In this document: positions 25,901 through 39,665 of the stretch, piece by piece
Position numbering within the stretch: position 1 is the stretch's first letter
Layout: every line of letters starts with the position of its first letter
Source of the DNA: Octopus sinensis
Lineage: Eukaryota
NCBI RefSeq assembly: GCF_006345805.1
Contig: NC_043015.1
Location: forward strand, 27,342,001 to 27,406,000
Direction: 5' to 3'
DNA length: 64,000 nt
Notes under the pieces: model-generated
What the model was told of the DNA's origin: nothing
Databases searched by the model: none
The model's input: only the letters and a program-made list of their open reading frames with translations
Made by a program: the position numbers and the translations under genes

Positions 25901-25952
<52 letters not shown>

Positions 25953-25964
25953 ATGTATATATAT

Positions 25965-28485
25965 ATATCATCATCATCATAATCATCGTTTAACGTCCGC
26001 TTTCCTGCTAGCAGGGGTTGGACGATTCTGACTGAGGGCTGGCGAGCCAGATGGCTGCACCAGGCTCCAATCATTCTACAGCTGGATGCCCTTCCTAACG
26101 CCAACCACTCAGAGAGTGTACTGGGTGATTTTTATGTGCCACTAGCACAGGGGCCAGTCAGGCGGTACTGGCAACGACCTCGCTCGAATCTTTTTACACG
26201 TGCCAGTGAAGCGATGTTGGTAACGATCACACTCGAATGGTGCTCTTTTACGTGCCACAGGTACGGAAGCCAGTTGGCTGCTCTGGCAATGATCATGCTC
26301 GGATGGTGCTCTTGGCAACCTACTAGCACAGGCATAAGTGCCAGTAAGGCGATGCTGGTAATGATTATACTCGAATACCCGCTCTGCCAATGATCACACT
26401 TGTATGGTGCACTTTGCACCCCGCTAACACAGATGCCAGTCATCGAATTGATTTTGATTTTGATTTCATTTGCCTCAACAGGTCTTCGCAAGCAGGGTTT
26501 AGTGACCAAAGAAGGAAAAGGTACGCATAAGCGGGCTGGTTATGCTCCTGGCATAGGTCACAGTTTATGGTCTCATCTGGCTTGCCGGGTCTTCTCGAGC
26601 ACAGCATATTTCCAAAAGTCTCAGTCGCTGGTCATTTCCTTGGTGAGGCATAATGTTCGAAGATCATGCTTCACCACTTCATCCCAGATCTTCCTGGGTC
26701 TACCTCTTCCACAGGTTCCCTCAACCGCTAGGATGTGGCACTTTTTCATGCAGCTATCCTCATCCATTCTTGCCACATGACCATACCAGCGTAGTCGTCT
26801 CTCTTGCACACCACATCAAATGCTTCTTATGTCCAACTTTCTCTCAAGGTACTTACACTCTGTCGAGTATGCACACTGACATTACACATCCAGCAGAGCA
26901 TAATGGCTTCATTCCTTGCGAGCTTACGCATGTCCTCAGCAGTCACAGCCCATGTTTCACTGCCGTGTAGCATGACTGTTTGTACACAAGCGTCATACAG
27001 TCTACCTTTTACTCTGAGCGAGGGGCCCTTTGTCAACAGCAGAGGTAAGAGCTCTCTGAACTTTGCCCAAGCTATTCTTATTCTAGCAGCTACACTTTCA
27101 GTGCACCTTCCTTCGCTACTGACTTGGTCACCTAGATAAGGGAAGCTATCAACTACTTCTAGTTTTTCTCCCTGAAATGTGGCGGAAGTTGGTCTCTGCA
27201 CATTTTCAGTGTTTATTGCTCCTGAGCATCTGCCACATACAAAACCTATCTTCCCAGTTAGCCTTCCTTTGATATTACTGCACCTCTTATGTGTCCATAG
27301 CTTACAGTGGGTACATCTTAGAGTTTCAACCTACGCCTCTACTACAGATTGAGCAGGGCCATCTACCTGAAGGGATTTGTGGTTTGCCTGCCTTCCTACT
27401 TATTAGGACTTTGGTTTTAGCTAGGTTGATTTTAAGGCCCTTCGATTCTAATCCTTGTTTCCAAACTTGAAACTTCTCCTCTAGTTCTGATAGTGACTCA
27501 GCAATTAGAGCAAGGTCGTCAGCATAGAGAAGTTCCCAGGGGCATCATGTCTTGAATTCCTCCATTATTGCCTGGAGGACTATGATAAATAGGAGGGGGG
27601 CTGAGGACTGAACCCTGGTGGACCCCAACCTCTACCCGGAATTCTTCAGGTTTGCCTGCCTTCCTACTTATTAGGACTTTGATTTTAGCTAGGTTGATTT
27701 TAAGGCCCTTCGATTCTAATCCTTGTTTCCAAACTTGAAACTTCTCCTCTAGTTCTGATAGTGACTCAGCAATTAGAGCAAGGTCGTCAGCATAGAGAAG
27801 TTCCCAGGGGCATCATGTCTTGAATTCCTCCATTATTGCCTGGAGGACTATGATAAATAGGAGGGGGCTGAGGACTGAACCCTGGTGGACCCCAACCTCT
27901 ACCCTGAATTCTTCACTGTACTTGTTGCCAACCCTCACCTCACTTACAGCGTCCCTGTACAATGCTTGCACAGCTCTCACTAACCATTCATCTATCCCTA
28001 GTTTCCTCATTGACCACCAGATAAGGGATCGAGGGACCCTGTCAAAGACTTTTTCCATGTCAACGAAAGCCAGGTACAGGGGCTTATCTTTGGCTAGGTA
28101 TTTCTCCTGCAGCTATCTCACCAGAAATATGGCATCAGTGGTGCTTTTTCCTGGCTCAAAACCAAACTGCATCTCATCCAAGTTGACTCTCTCGCTAATC
28201 AGTTGGGCTATGACCCTCTCTGTAACCTTCATTACCTGATCCAACAGCTTGATACCTCTGTAATTATTTGTATCTAGGGCGTCACCTTTACTTTTGTAGC
28301 AGTTGACTATTATGCTGCTATACCAGTCATTGGGTATGACTCCTTCATGTATCACCTGGTTAACTATACGGGTGACTAGGCTATAGCCGACACTACCAGA
28401 TATTTTGAGCATCTCTGCAGTAATTGCTGATGGGCCTGGGGCTTTCCCTGTCTTCATACTTCTAATTGCCTTAACTACCAAGGAA

Positions 28486-28488
<3 letters not shown>
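25965..28488 (-). mobile_element. RTE LINE, 5'-truncated, with internal 267-bp tandem duplication
   Basis: Minus ORFs 28113-28604, 27813-28058, 26827-27201 and 26621-26809. Duplication 27381-27648 / 27649-27915. Confidence 0.92.
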
Positions 28489-28561
<73 letters not shown>

Positions 28562-28564
28562 TAC

Positions 28565-28719
28565 ATACACAGGCACAGGTGTGGCTGTGTGGATTCCCAA
28601 TCACATAGTTCCACGTTCAGTCTCACTTTATGGCACTTTGTGTAAATGTCTTCTACTTTAGCCTTAGGCCAAGAAAAGCCCTGTAAGTGGATTTCACAGA
28701 GTGAAACTGAAAGCCTGTC

Positions 28720-28752
<33 letters not shown>

Positions 28753-28773
28753 TGTATGTATGTGTGTATGTGT

Positions 28774-28811
<38 letters not shown>

Positions 28812-29020
28812 TGTGTGTGTTTGTGTGTGTCCATGTTGTTTGTCCCCCGCAAGTGCTTGACAACAAGTGCTGGCGTCTTTAAGTCCATGTAACTTAGTGG
28901 TTCAGCAAAAGTGATTGACAGAATAAGTACCAGACTTCAAGGGAAATAAGTACTGGGGTCAATTCATTTGAATGAAATTTTTGCCCCAGTATGGTCGGAA
29001 TTTAATGACTGAAAGAATTG
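28565..29020 (+). mobile_element. SINE family A, degenerate
   Basis: Head GTGGCTGTGTGG...CAGTCTCAC, internal (TG)n, and GAATAAGTAC core. Confidence 0.7.
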
Positions 29021-30179
29021 AAAGATAAAAGATTTATGATAACAAATTAAGTATTTTGTAGATAAACAAATGGGACACTACACACACTCATCTAGAAAGT
29101 CACGTCAGTGCATACACGTGTGTGTGTGTGTATGCATGTGTGTTTTGTACAGACAAATATCCAAAGGTGTAAACAGTTCAACAAGGTAAGTGGTTGGTTT
29201 GTCAGTTGGTAAAGAAAGAGAGAAAGAAAGAAAAAGAAATGAAGGAAGGAAAAAACAAAGAAAGTAGAAATGAAAAATACAAGAGATGCAAGAAGAAAAA
29301 AATGGGAAAATAAAGAAAGAACGACAACTGGACTTTAATAGACAAAGATCATGAGATTATGAGTAAAAGACAAGAAAAATCAAGAGATGATGGGAGAAAA
29401 GGAGTGGAAAGTTGGTGGGTGGAGGGGGTTCTAGTTCTTTTTGTTTTCTATTTTTTTATATTTTATATTTTGTTTGATTTTTGTCAATTTCAATCAAATA
29501 ATTCTTGATTCCTCAACTTATGGTTATGTGCGTGTGTGTGTGTGCACATGTCTGTATGTATATGTATGTCTGAGTGTGTATGTGTGTAAGAGGGTGGAGT
29601 TGTTAACAGGTGTTTAAATCTTAAACACCAAGAAGGGAGAGGAAAGAAAGGGGGAAGAGAGAAGAGAAGAAAAGAAAAACAAAAGGAAGTAGAATAAGTG
29701 TAAACAAGTCAACTACAACAAGATGTTGTGTATGTGTATGTGTGTGTGTGTATACAAAACATGTATAGGTCTATTTGAAGCTGTATGTAAATATATATAA
29801 GAATTAAAGGTGGTTCTAATGTTATTATTATTATTACATATATATATATATATATGCACACACACACACACACATACATATATACATCAGTGTTGGCCAC
29901 ACTTACCATATGTGGTCCTGTTTGTTTACAGTTTTGCATTGCAGTTGCTTAAAATAGTGGCACTATGTTGAATACTGATGATAGTGATAGTAGTATTGGT
30001 ATTGTAGCTGTGGTGGTGGTGGTGGTGGTGGTGGTGGTGATAATATTTAACATGAATATTCTGGCAGAATCACTGCAATTTCAAAAGGTGTGAGCTGTTG
30101 TTTAATCCTAGGTTAGTCATGACATAACATACCTGTAATCACAAGGATTCCAAACATGATCATCCTGATTATAGCATTC

Positions 30180-30379
30180 CCTTTGTCTCTCTATCTCTTT
30201 ACTCTTTTATTTGTTTCAGTCATTTGACTGCGGCCATGCTAGAGCACCGCCTTTTAGTCAAGCAAAGCCTAGTACTTATTCTATCGGTCTCTTTTGCCAA
30301 ACCACTAAGTTACAGGGACATAAATACACCAGCATCAGTTGTGAAGCAATGGTGGGGGGACAAACACAGACACACAAAC

Positions 30380-30414
<35 letters not shown>

Positions 30415-30575
30415 TACGACGGGCTTCTTTCAGTTTCCATCTACCAAATCCACTAACAAGGCTTTGGTCGGGCCGAGGTTATAGTAGAAGACATTTGCCC
30501 AAGGTGCCACGCAGTCGGACTGAACCCAGAACCATGTGGTTGGTAAGCAAGCTACTTACCACACAGCCACTGCTA
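30180..30575 (-). mobile_element. SINE family A
   Basis: Colinear with 11020-11410. Confidence 0.8.
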
Positions 30576-32463
30576 TGCCTATAGCAGCAGCAACAGCAAT
30601 AACAACAACAACAAAACTGCAATTCCATCAACAGCAGCCCCATTGCCATCAGATCAGTAGCAGCAGCATCATTACTGCAATAACCAGAAAACAAAATATC
30701 CTAACCACTACAATGACAGCAACAACAACATTAAGAAAACCAAAATTACCACCAAAAACAACAACTATTACTGTATTTTTTATCTGGCAATAGTTTGCTG
30801 ACATTTTCCCTGTATTTCTAAACAATTTAATCATCAAATTTATTTCTAATGCATCTATAAGGAATAATTATAAAAGACAAGAACAAGAAATCAAGTCAAA
30901 CCCATGACGGCATGGAAAGTGGATGTTCAAACAAGGAAGATGACGATGAAGATGGGGAGAATGGTGGTGGCAGTGATGATGATAGTTGTGATGGCAATGA
31001 TGGTGATGAAAAGTGTCAAACATGTTGTTTGTCTTTTTAAAATTCTAAGGTAGTTTGCAGGCCAGTCAACTTCATAAAGGCTTTGTTGTATAGTTAGCAC
31101 AGTTGCCTAGCAACACTTAGAAGACACTTGTCCAAAGTATTTTGCAGAAGGATTAAACTCAGTATCTCATGAGCACAAAACAAACTCATTAATCTTTCAG
31201 CTATACCTGCAATTACTACACAGCATAAATACAGAGCCCTACTCACACACAAGACAAACCTGGAGAGGGAACAAGAAGATTGGGCAGCAGACAACTAAGC
31301 AAAAAAGGGAGACAATCTATGAAGGAAAGTAAATGAGCAGCCAAAAGCATCAGACCACAAGCTAAAGGAGCAGACAGGGTGTGAGATCAAAATGGCAAAG
31401 GAATTGAAGAAACAACCAAGCTGCCAAGCACACCATACAACAAAACAAGAAAATATTCAACTAATTAAGGGCAGCCAACAACCAAGATATTAATTAGCTG
31501 GGGTAACAGACAAATCTAGGCCATGTCCCACTCCAGCAGATATTTTAAGTGTCTCGGAGATGATTCCTGATTGGCTAAAGCTGTCTTCATATCCTTCATT
31601 GCTTTATCTATCATGTTACTGCCAACTGATGAATGGTCTCTCAGTAGAGCTCACATTAAGAAGACATTTCTCCTCCCATGCATTCTCCACATGTAGCAGC
31701 TTTCCATAGTGACACTTCCATGCCTCTTTCTTTACAGAATCATTAAGTGCAAGTGTCATCATCATCCATCGGAACACACTTCTCTCTTGCAACATCATCA
31801 TCATTTTCTCTGACTCTCTCTTACAATCTACAATACCTCATACCTCTTGTCCACACACAACAGAATTTTGGCAAACGTCTTCACTTTTACTTCTCCCTTT
31901 ACTAAATGTAATAGTTGCCAAGCTTTCCTTCTCTGCTACCACCACTCTTCCACTCCTTCCGTGCTTGTTTCTTTGCTTGTGTGTGTATGTGTATGTAATT
32001 ATAAATAAGGGCCCTTATTTATAATTGTATTTAAAATTTCACCGTAAAAGGTATTTTTCATATGCTGGCCACTGATAAAGTTTTATCCTTATATTAGAAG
32101 TATATATATGTCTGGACACAGAATATAATTTGTTTTTTAAATAATTATTTTAAATTACCTCCTCCTCCTCCTCATCATCATCATCAGCAGCAGCAGCATC
32201 TTATGTTGTTTTTAAATCTTCTTGAAATGAGTTTTGCTTAAAGCTTCTTCCATCTGTTCTTGAGATGAAAACTACTTCACAACTTTTTTATGATGATGGA
32301 TGATGACAATGACGATGATGATGATCATCATCATCATATCAGTATAGTTTATTTTCTTGTTGTTGTTCTTCTTCTTATTATTATTTGTTATCATCGCCGT
32401 CATCATTATATTATTTTTTTATTGTTGTTGTTGTTGTTCTTATTTTTGTTATCATCATCGTCA

Positions 32464-32506
<43 letters not shown>

Positions 32507-35399
32507 CATCATCATTGCTCTTTTCAAGCTGTGATGGGTTGCAATAATTGTTAGAGCATCATAAAAATATGTTTTAAGGTATTTCTTTTCACTCTACATC
32601 CTGAGCAGGATCAAATGAAAGTCTACTTTACTTTTCAAGATTAACAAACAGAGCAGCAGTCAAGCATATTGTGCTCAATGCTATTAACTGACCCCTTCTT
32701 CCTAGAATTGTGGTCTTTGTGTCTAAATCTGAAACAGTTATCATCATCATCATCATCATCATCATTATTATATAATTGTTCAACATTTGATAGTTTGAGG
32801 CAAGTTTCTACTACATCACTTGCTGCTACACCTCCATGTTGCTAGGGTGTGTAGCATTGTGTGTTCTTTTCTGCTGTTGGCAGTGCACAAACACTCCCTA
32901 GTGTTGTATTGTGCTAGTTTTTTTATTTTTATTTTTCCTAGAGGTGTGGAACAGTTTTCTACAGCTGGCTGCCCTTCCGAACACCAACTACTTTACAAAG
33001 TGTACAGGCAGAGTCACTTGAAAAACAAGACAAAGTCCTTCAACCGAGAAGGTGAGTGATATTGAGGGAGGTGGCTTTTCCTAGAGATGCGGTACAGTCT
33101 TTTGTTATGTTGTTGCTTATACTGTGTATTAAGTGTGTAATGCGTTGGTTATTGCATTGCTGGTGGGAGTTTATTTGATTGGGTTAATATTTCAGTTGTT
33201 TCAGAATGACATTGATTCCCATCCTGACCCACCTGATAAACACTTGAAATGACCAAATCCTCCTTTGACCAGGTGACTGCCACAAACACATTAAATCTGA
33301 AGATTAGGTATATATTCAAAGTTTTTAGGTCACTATGTGACTTCCTTTTCTTTCCAAGTTTCCCTTTGGATCACATTCTATTTATGTCTCATTGAAGATT
33401 TTTATTTCCTTCTCTACAAATTTACAAACTGTGCATCAACACATGAAAATGGTCTTTTTTTTATCCTTTTTTTTATCATTTGATGAAGAAGATTTTATTT
33501 GGTTATACAGCTCACATGTCACCAGCCAATTTGAAGTCCCTGTGTAATTGTGTGTGTGTGTAATGTTCACAAAAGACTTTGATAAATGTAGGTGAGGAGT
33601 TAAGCAAAACACATGACATAATGTCAGTGAATGGAAACAAAAAGAGAAAAGATGTTGTATTACCTTACATATGGCTGCTTAATGATCCTAAAATATTTTG
33701 GGGAAAAATTCCCCTTTTCAAACAGAAGAGGCAAAATAAGAGTTTAGGAAAATGGGTTATCTGAAGGTCTGCTGATAACAAAACATCAACCTTATTTACA
33801 TATATTGCAATGCTTCAAGCAAATTACACAATGCTCTTTTGTCGTTCATATGCACACATACACAAACATATATATATACACAAACACATGTTGTGTGTGT
33901 GTGCATGCGTGTGTGTGTGCATGCGTGTGTGTGCATGCGTGTGTGTGCATGCGTGTGTGTGTGTGAATTGTTTCTCTTCTTTGATGGTAGCCCTAAACCT
34001 GTTGCTCAGTTTAACACCATAATGACTAAAGTGAAGTTCCTTCCAATTACTACTGAGGCCAAGTCTCTCTGCTCCAAGGATGCCATCATCTCTTTCTTAC
34101 ATCTGTTTCAGAGGCTCCTAAACAAAACCTTATCTGCTATGCCTTTCCTCCTCTCACTAAACTTGTTCTTGTTTAATCATGAGTCAACCCTTATTATTCT
34201 ATTCATGGCTATCCTGCCTCTTTATATAATTATGACTACTATACTGTCCAGTATATCCTTTACTTCTTTTAGAAAGTGAAATTTGAGGGAGATCTGGTGG
34301 TTATTTATAGTGGGTTGAGCTACCACATATGGGTCCCTTCTGTGCAGCAGGTCAGCCTCAATCTGACTGAATTATTACCAAATGGGTTGAAGCAATTGCA
34401 ACAGTTTCTTTTTTTTTTTCATTTTTGACATAATGAATTTAGGACTGTCCTATGCAATATGACCTTCATCTTTTTTTAAGATAGTATGATACTATTTGAG
34501 GATTTGGTTGCTATTTCCAACGGTCAAGTGACAACAAAGATGTTCCTTCGTTGGTGTAAGAGACTAGGATGTGATTGTGATAGTATGGTTTGGTACAGAG
34601 AATTACAGGAATCAGACTGAACAACATTGTACAACACTAGTAAAATGTGCTAACCTGCAAACCAACTCTATTTTATCTGCATATCATACAATATTAGATT
34701 ACTTGGGAATCTTGACTGTTAACTTGTGTATATGTGCATGCATAATATCAGCTTTGAAATAATGTAAATAGGTAAATAGATAGATGGATAGATATATGGA
34801 TTATAAAATATATATATATATATATATACAGTCCAACCCATGCTAGCATGGAAAACGGACGCTAAACGATGATGATGATGATACATAAGGAGCCATATAC
34901 ATATATGCATATGCAGATACACAAATACATATGTATTGCCTGTAAGGGTACATCTGAAATATGTGTTTGTGCACACACACACACTCAAGACATATCAGCA
35001 TATCATCATCATCATTTAATGACCATGTTCAATGCAGATAGATGTATACATACACACACAGACACATAAATAAATACATACAGATATGTTTTTGACTTTC
35101 TCACAAGAGGTTTCTTTTTAATATTCTTTGCGGTGTTAAAGAGAAAATAGTGCAATGTGATGTGGTCCACTTCCACCAGAGACCACCCAACCATCCCATA
35201 CTATATTTCCTTGGCTCTTATTGCAGTAAACAAAAAATATTCTAAGAAGGCAATGGCAAAGCTGAAGAAAACGACTCACGGCCACAATAGTGGAATGGAA
35301 GTATATTCCACATGGATATTGTCGGTTGTTTACTAGATTCTTGCTCCTTTGAGCATGAATAGCGTGATACGTATGAGTGTCAGTCTATCTCTCTCTCTC

Positions 35400-35686
35400 T
35401 TTCTCTCTCTATATATATATACGCGCACACACCTATATAAATAGATATGTATATATATAAATATATATATATGTGTATATACATAAATACAAATATATAT
35501 ATGTATACACACATATATACATATACCTATATGTAAAGATATATATATACATATATATATGCAAATATAAATATGTATACACACATATATACATATACCT
35601 ATATGTAAAGATATATATATATATACATATATATATGCAAATATAAATATGTATACACACATATATACATATACCTATATGTAAAG

Positions 35687-35748
<62 letters not shown>

Positions 35749-35786
35749 TAGATAGATAGATAGATATGTACATATATATACATATA

Positions 35787-35834
<48 letters not shown>

Positions 35835-35880
35835 CTATATACCTATGTAAACATATACAGATAGATAGATAGATAGATTT
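35400..35880. repeat. Compound microsatellite with about 72-76-bp higher-order repeats (35503-35715)
   Basis: The unit GTATACACACATATATACATATACCTATATGTAAAG occurs three times. Confidence 0.85.
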
Positions 35881-36639
35881 AAATATATCTATGTAAATTT
35901 ATATGAACAAAAACATAGAGCTCTACTCCAGTGTATATAGGAACGTGTATAACATATTCACATTATTAATTGAAAATTATAGCAGATATTTGAAAAGCAT
36001 GCAAGAACATGCTTACACACTAATATATACATATATTCACACTCACAATTGTACATATATATATGACAACATGACCATATACTCACATTATTTATTAACA
36101 ATAATATATTAATGAATACATATATATATATATATATACACACAGCTACTTACATAATTATGTGTATGTGTGGGTGTGTGTATATTCATGCAGCCATGTT
36201 ATTACATATATACATATACATCACCTATATATCACCTCCATGAGCCTCTATGCATAATCAGGTGTGTGTGTGTGTGTATAAGTATACATATATGCACACA
36301 TATATATGCACGCAATCATACACACATTACATATATCATAACCATTTCTAAAGAAAATAGGAAAATATGTTAATCAATTTCTTGTCTTTTTTTTCTTGAT
36401 AAGGCTAACACTCTCTCTCTCCCTCTCTCTACGAAACATCTTCATTTTTCTTTTACATCTCTTAAAATCCTATACATGTGCTTTTTAACATTGCATACAC
36501 ACCCTGTAGAACCATAAAAAAAATATTTGTTCTTTCAGAGACCTTTCATATGGAAAGTTCTTGAAAGTCTGGGACTATAGCTATGTCCTGCATGAAACAG
36601 TGAACACGCAAACTAGGAAGGGGGGTACTGTTCATACAC

Positions 36640-36718
36640 ACACACACACACACAAACATGTATATATATATATATACTATTATGTGTTTGTTACATATAT
36701 ACATACATACGAACATAT

Positions 36719-36767
<49 letters not shown>

Positions 36768-36958
36768 AATATATATATACATATATATATACGCATACAT
36801 ATATGCATAATACATATACATACATATATGCATAATACATATACATATATATATGTATAATACATATATGCATAATACATATATGCATAATACATATACA
36901 TATATATATGCATAATACATATACATATATATATGCATAATACATATATGCATAATAC

Positions 36959-37009
<51 letters not shown>

Positions 37010-37010
37010 T
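36640..37010. repeat. Compound (TA)/(CA) microsatellite with TGCATAATACATA units
   Basis: Directly visible. Confidence 0.9.
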
Positions 37011-37029
37011 TTTTCCTTTACTTTGTCCA

Positions 37030-38175
37030 TCATTGTTGACAATGACAAAGAACATCAAATGGGTGAAGAAGGCAGAACATGTCTGACTGTGGCTGATCAG
37101 GCCAATGTATGCTCGGAAGGCTCTGCTCGAGGTCACGTATTGCTGGTCTGCTGGAACTGAAGGCAAGGAGTTGACTCTCAACTTGCACAGTTCATATTTT
37201 CTTTGTTCCCCTGCAATCCTCTTCCATTCATAGGAGGTTTGCATCTCTGTTGGTGCAGATTAACCAGGCAGGGCAGTCTTGCACTTGCATTTCCCAGGTG
37301 TTGGGGTTCATCTCAAAGCTCTTCAGTGAGGCTTTGAGTATATCCTTGAAGCACTTTTTCTGTCCACCTTGCAGACGCTTCCCTTCAGCCAGTTCACTGT
37401 CAAATAGCCTCTTTGATAATCATTAATCAGGCATTCAAACATGGTGGCCTACTCACCTGATTTGTGTAAATTCTTGGGAGAACAGCTCAAGAGAAGACCC
37501 CAGTGTGCGAGACCTTGTTTCTCCACATGATTCTCAATAGTTTTCTCAGGTAACTCATGTGGAAGTGGTTTAGATTTTTTGTGTAGTATTCATAAACTGT
37601 CAAAGCCTCCCAGACATACAGTACTGTAGAAAATACAAATGCTTCACACACCAACTTGGTGGCCAGCTGAATGCCTCTCCTCTACCACATTGATTCACGT
37701 ATTCAGATGAATGTGAAGTTGCCTTTAGTGACACCTGTTCCAACGTCATCATCAATGTTCAAAGAACTGGAGAATACGCTGCTGTGGTATGTGAACTAAA
37801 CAACTTTGAAGGTTTTTCTCTTCTACAGTGACAGCTGGTTCCACACATGGCTTCTGCAGGGCAGGTTGGTGCCTGATCTTAGTCTTTTGAGTACTGATTA
37901 TGAGACCAAAGTTGTTGCAGGCAGTAGAAAAGTAGTTCACACCCTGCTGCATCTAGGCCTTTGTGGTAGCACTGAGCGTGCAGTCATCTGCAAACAGGAA
38001 GTCACTCACTTTGGTCTTGGCCCCTAGCCTTCGCAGGCTGAAGAGTCTGCCCTCAGTCCTAAATCTGATCTTGATGTTGGTTTCATCATCATTGCAGGAG
38101 GCATCCAACACTATGGCTGAGAACATCAGGCTGGACAGCTTACATAAAGGCCTTGGTTAGGTCTACAAAAGCCAT
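37030..38175 (-). mobile_element. Second RTE family (BovB-like), degenerate 3' half
   Basis: Minus translations FSTACNNFGLIISTQKTK..HQPA and C-terminal RAFRAYIGLISH. No PHD insertion between RT motifs 6 and 7. Confidence 0.8.
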
Positions 38176-38393
38176 GTATAGGTCAGTTTTGTTCCTGGCG
38201 CTTATATATAAATATATATGTGTATGCGCGCATGTATGTATATATATATATACACACACAATAGACAAATATGCACATACCTATGATAAATATAAGAAAC
38301 AGAGTTCTATATTTATATTTAAGTGACCTGAATAATAATAACAACATTAAAAAATACTTTAGGAATGAGAACCCAGGTTTGAAATTTCCCCAA

Positions 38394-38440
38394 GATACCT
38401 GATGAAGGCTGGAGGGTATATCAACCGAAAATGTTGTGTT
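38394..38440 (+). ncRNA. Degenerate hammerhead motif in a Penelope-pLTR-like fragment (about 38300-38490)
   Basis: GAUAC-CUGAUGA-a-GGCUG..CAACC-GAAA-augu-u-GUGUU. One stem II mismatch and an altered stem III. Confidence 0.5.
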
Positions 38441-39022
38441 AACAACAAACAAAATGAGGACAAATATCCATCAAATGTAAATAATGTATAAGAAACAGAG
38501 ATAGATAATTTTAAAAAATACTGTTTTCCATGCTAGCATGGGGTGTACCGTCCAACCCATGCTAGCATGGAAAACGGACGCTAAACGATGATGATGATGA
38601 TATAAAGAGCAGAGATACAAACAACATAGGAAGTGAACCCATATACACATACAAACACACATACAGTAACTTCACAGACAGCTGCAGTAATGTCAACAAC
38701 ATGACCAACAATGACAACAGCAGTAACAACAATGGAAACAACAACTACCATGAGGGCAGCAGCATAGGCGAACACACAAACACAGTGAGATACAGGAACG
38801 GTACAAAAAGTTGGGTTCAAGGACAGCAACAGTGGCAGAGGGAATGGGGTTAAGGGGTGAGTCATAGTGCTACTAAGAACAATGACACACACATGTACAC
38901 ATACATACACACACACACACACATACACAAACACGGATGCAAAAGTATGCACATATAAGGATACACATCATAGAAAAACAGTTTGGAATAAGCAAAGCAA
39001 GAGCACTCACGAAGACAGGAAG

Positions 39023-39067
39023 TGTCGCTGAAGAGGTCACAGATGTGTGATGAAAGATTTCCAGACA
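39023..39067 (+). ncRNA. Degenerate hammerhead motif in a pLTR-like element (about 38960-39175)
   Basis: UGUCG-CUGAAGA-g-GUCACA-gaug-UGUGAU-GAAAG-au-UUC-CAGACA. Same stem II as the 46004 motif. Confidence 0.55.
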
Positions 39068-39170
39068 ATGGACATGAGTTAGAATAAGAAAAGTAATAAA
39101 CGAGTAAAGAACAAATATAGAGTGTGTGTGTTTATTTGGCAAAAGAAAATGACCATCCTGAAATACAACA

Positions 39171-39208
<38 letters not shown>

Positions 39209-39380
39209 TAAATATTAGGGAATAAATCCAAATTTACAGGGAAAAAATCAGATTTAGGATTAAATCGATTTTATAGTAAAATATTATAAAATATTATTCG
39301 AGACAAAACCACTATTTTGCAAAACAAACAGGAAAGACTTAATTAATACATAAAATTTTAATAAATAGTCAAAAAAACCG

Positions 39381-39423
39381 CCACTACAATCGTTTCTTGT
39401 CTTGATCGACAATCTTCAGGTGG
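39381..39423 (-). ncRNA. Minimal type I hammerhead ribozyme, motif-complete
   Basis: CCAC-CUGAAGA-UUGUC-gaucaa-GACAA-GAAAC-gauu-GUA-GUGG. Perfect stems I and II, all core nucleotides present. Confidence 0.85.
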
Positions 39424-39477
39424 ACTTCCAATAATTCAGTGTCATTACTTCATAATTTGACACTGAATTATTGGAGT

Positions 39478-39520
39478 CCACCTGAAGATTGTCGATCAAG
39501 ACAAGAAACGGTTGTAGTGG
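39478..39520 (+). ncRNA. Minimal type I hammerhead ribozyme, motif-complete
   Basis: CCAC-CUGAAGA-UUGUC-gaucaa-GACAA-GAAAC-gguu-GUA-GUGG. Confidence 0.85.
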
Positions 39521-39607
39521 CGGTTTTTTTGACTATTTATTAAAATTTTATGTATTAATTAAGTCTTTCCTTGTTTGTTTTGCAAAATAGTGGTTTTGTC
39601 TCGAATA

Positions 39608-39650
<43 letters not shown>

Positions 39651-39665
39651 ATAGATATACATATA

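Larger units (their letters stand above)
39285..39617. mobile_element. Palindromic (head-to-head) Penelope-pLTR/retrozyme-like element
   Basis: About 160-bp near-perfect inverted arms around a 13-bp spacer (39445-39457), between (TA)n tracts, with a hammerhead in each arm. Confidence 0.88.

Noticed and set aside
38640-38870. Minus-strand TAG|CAC TAT (His-Tyr) start matching the expected next ANKRD39 exon
   Set aside because: Continues HYDSPLNP… into low-complexity Cys-rich sequence with no ankyrin motif.
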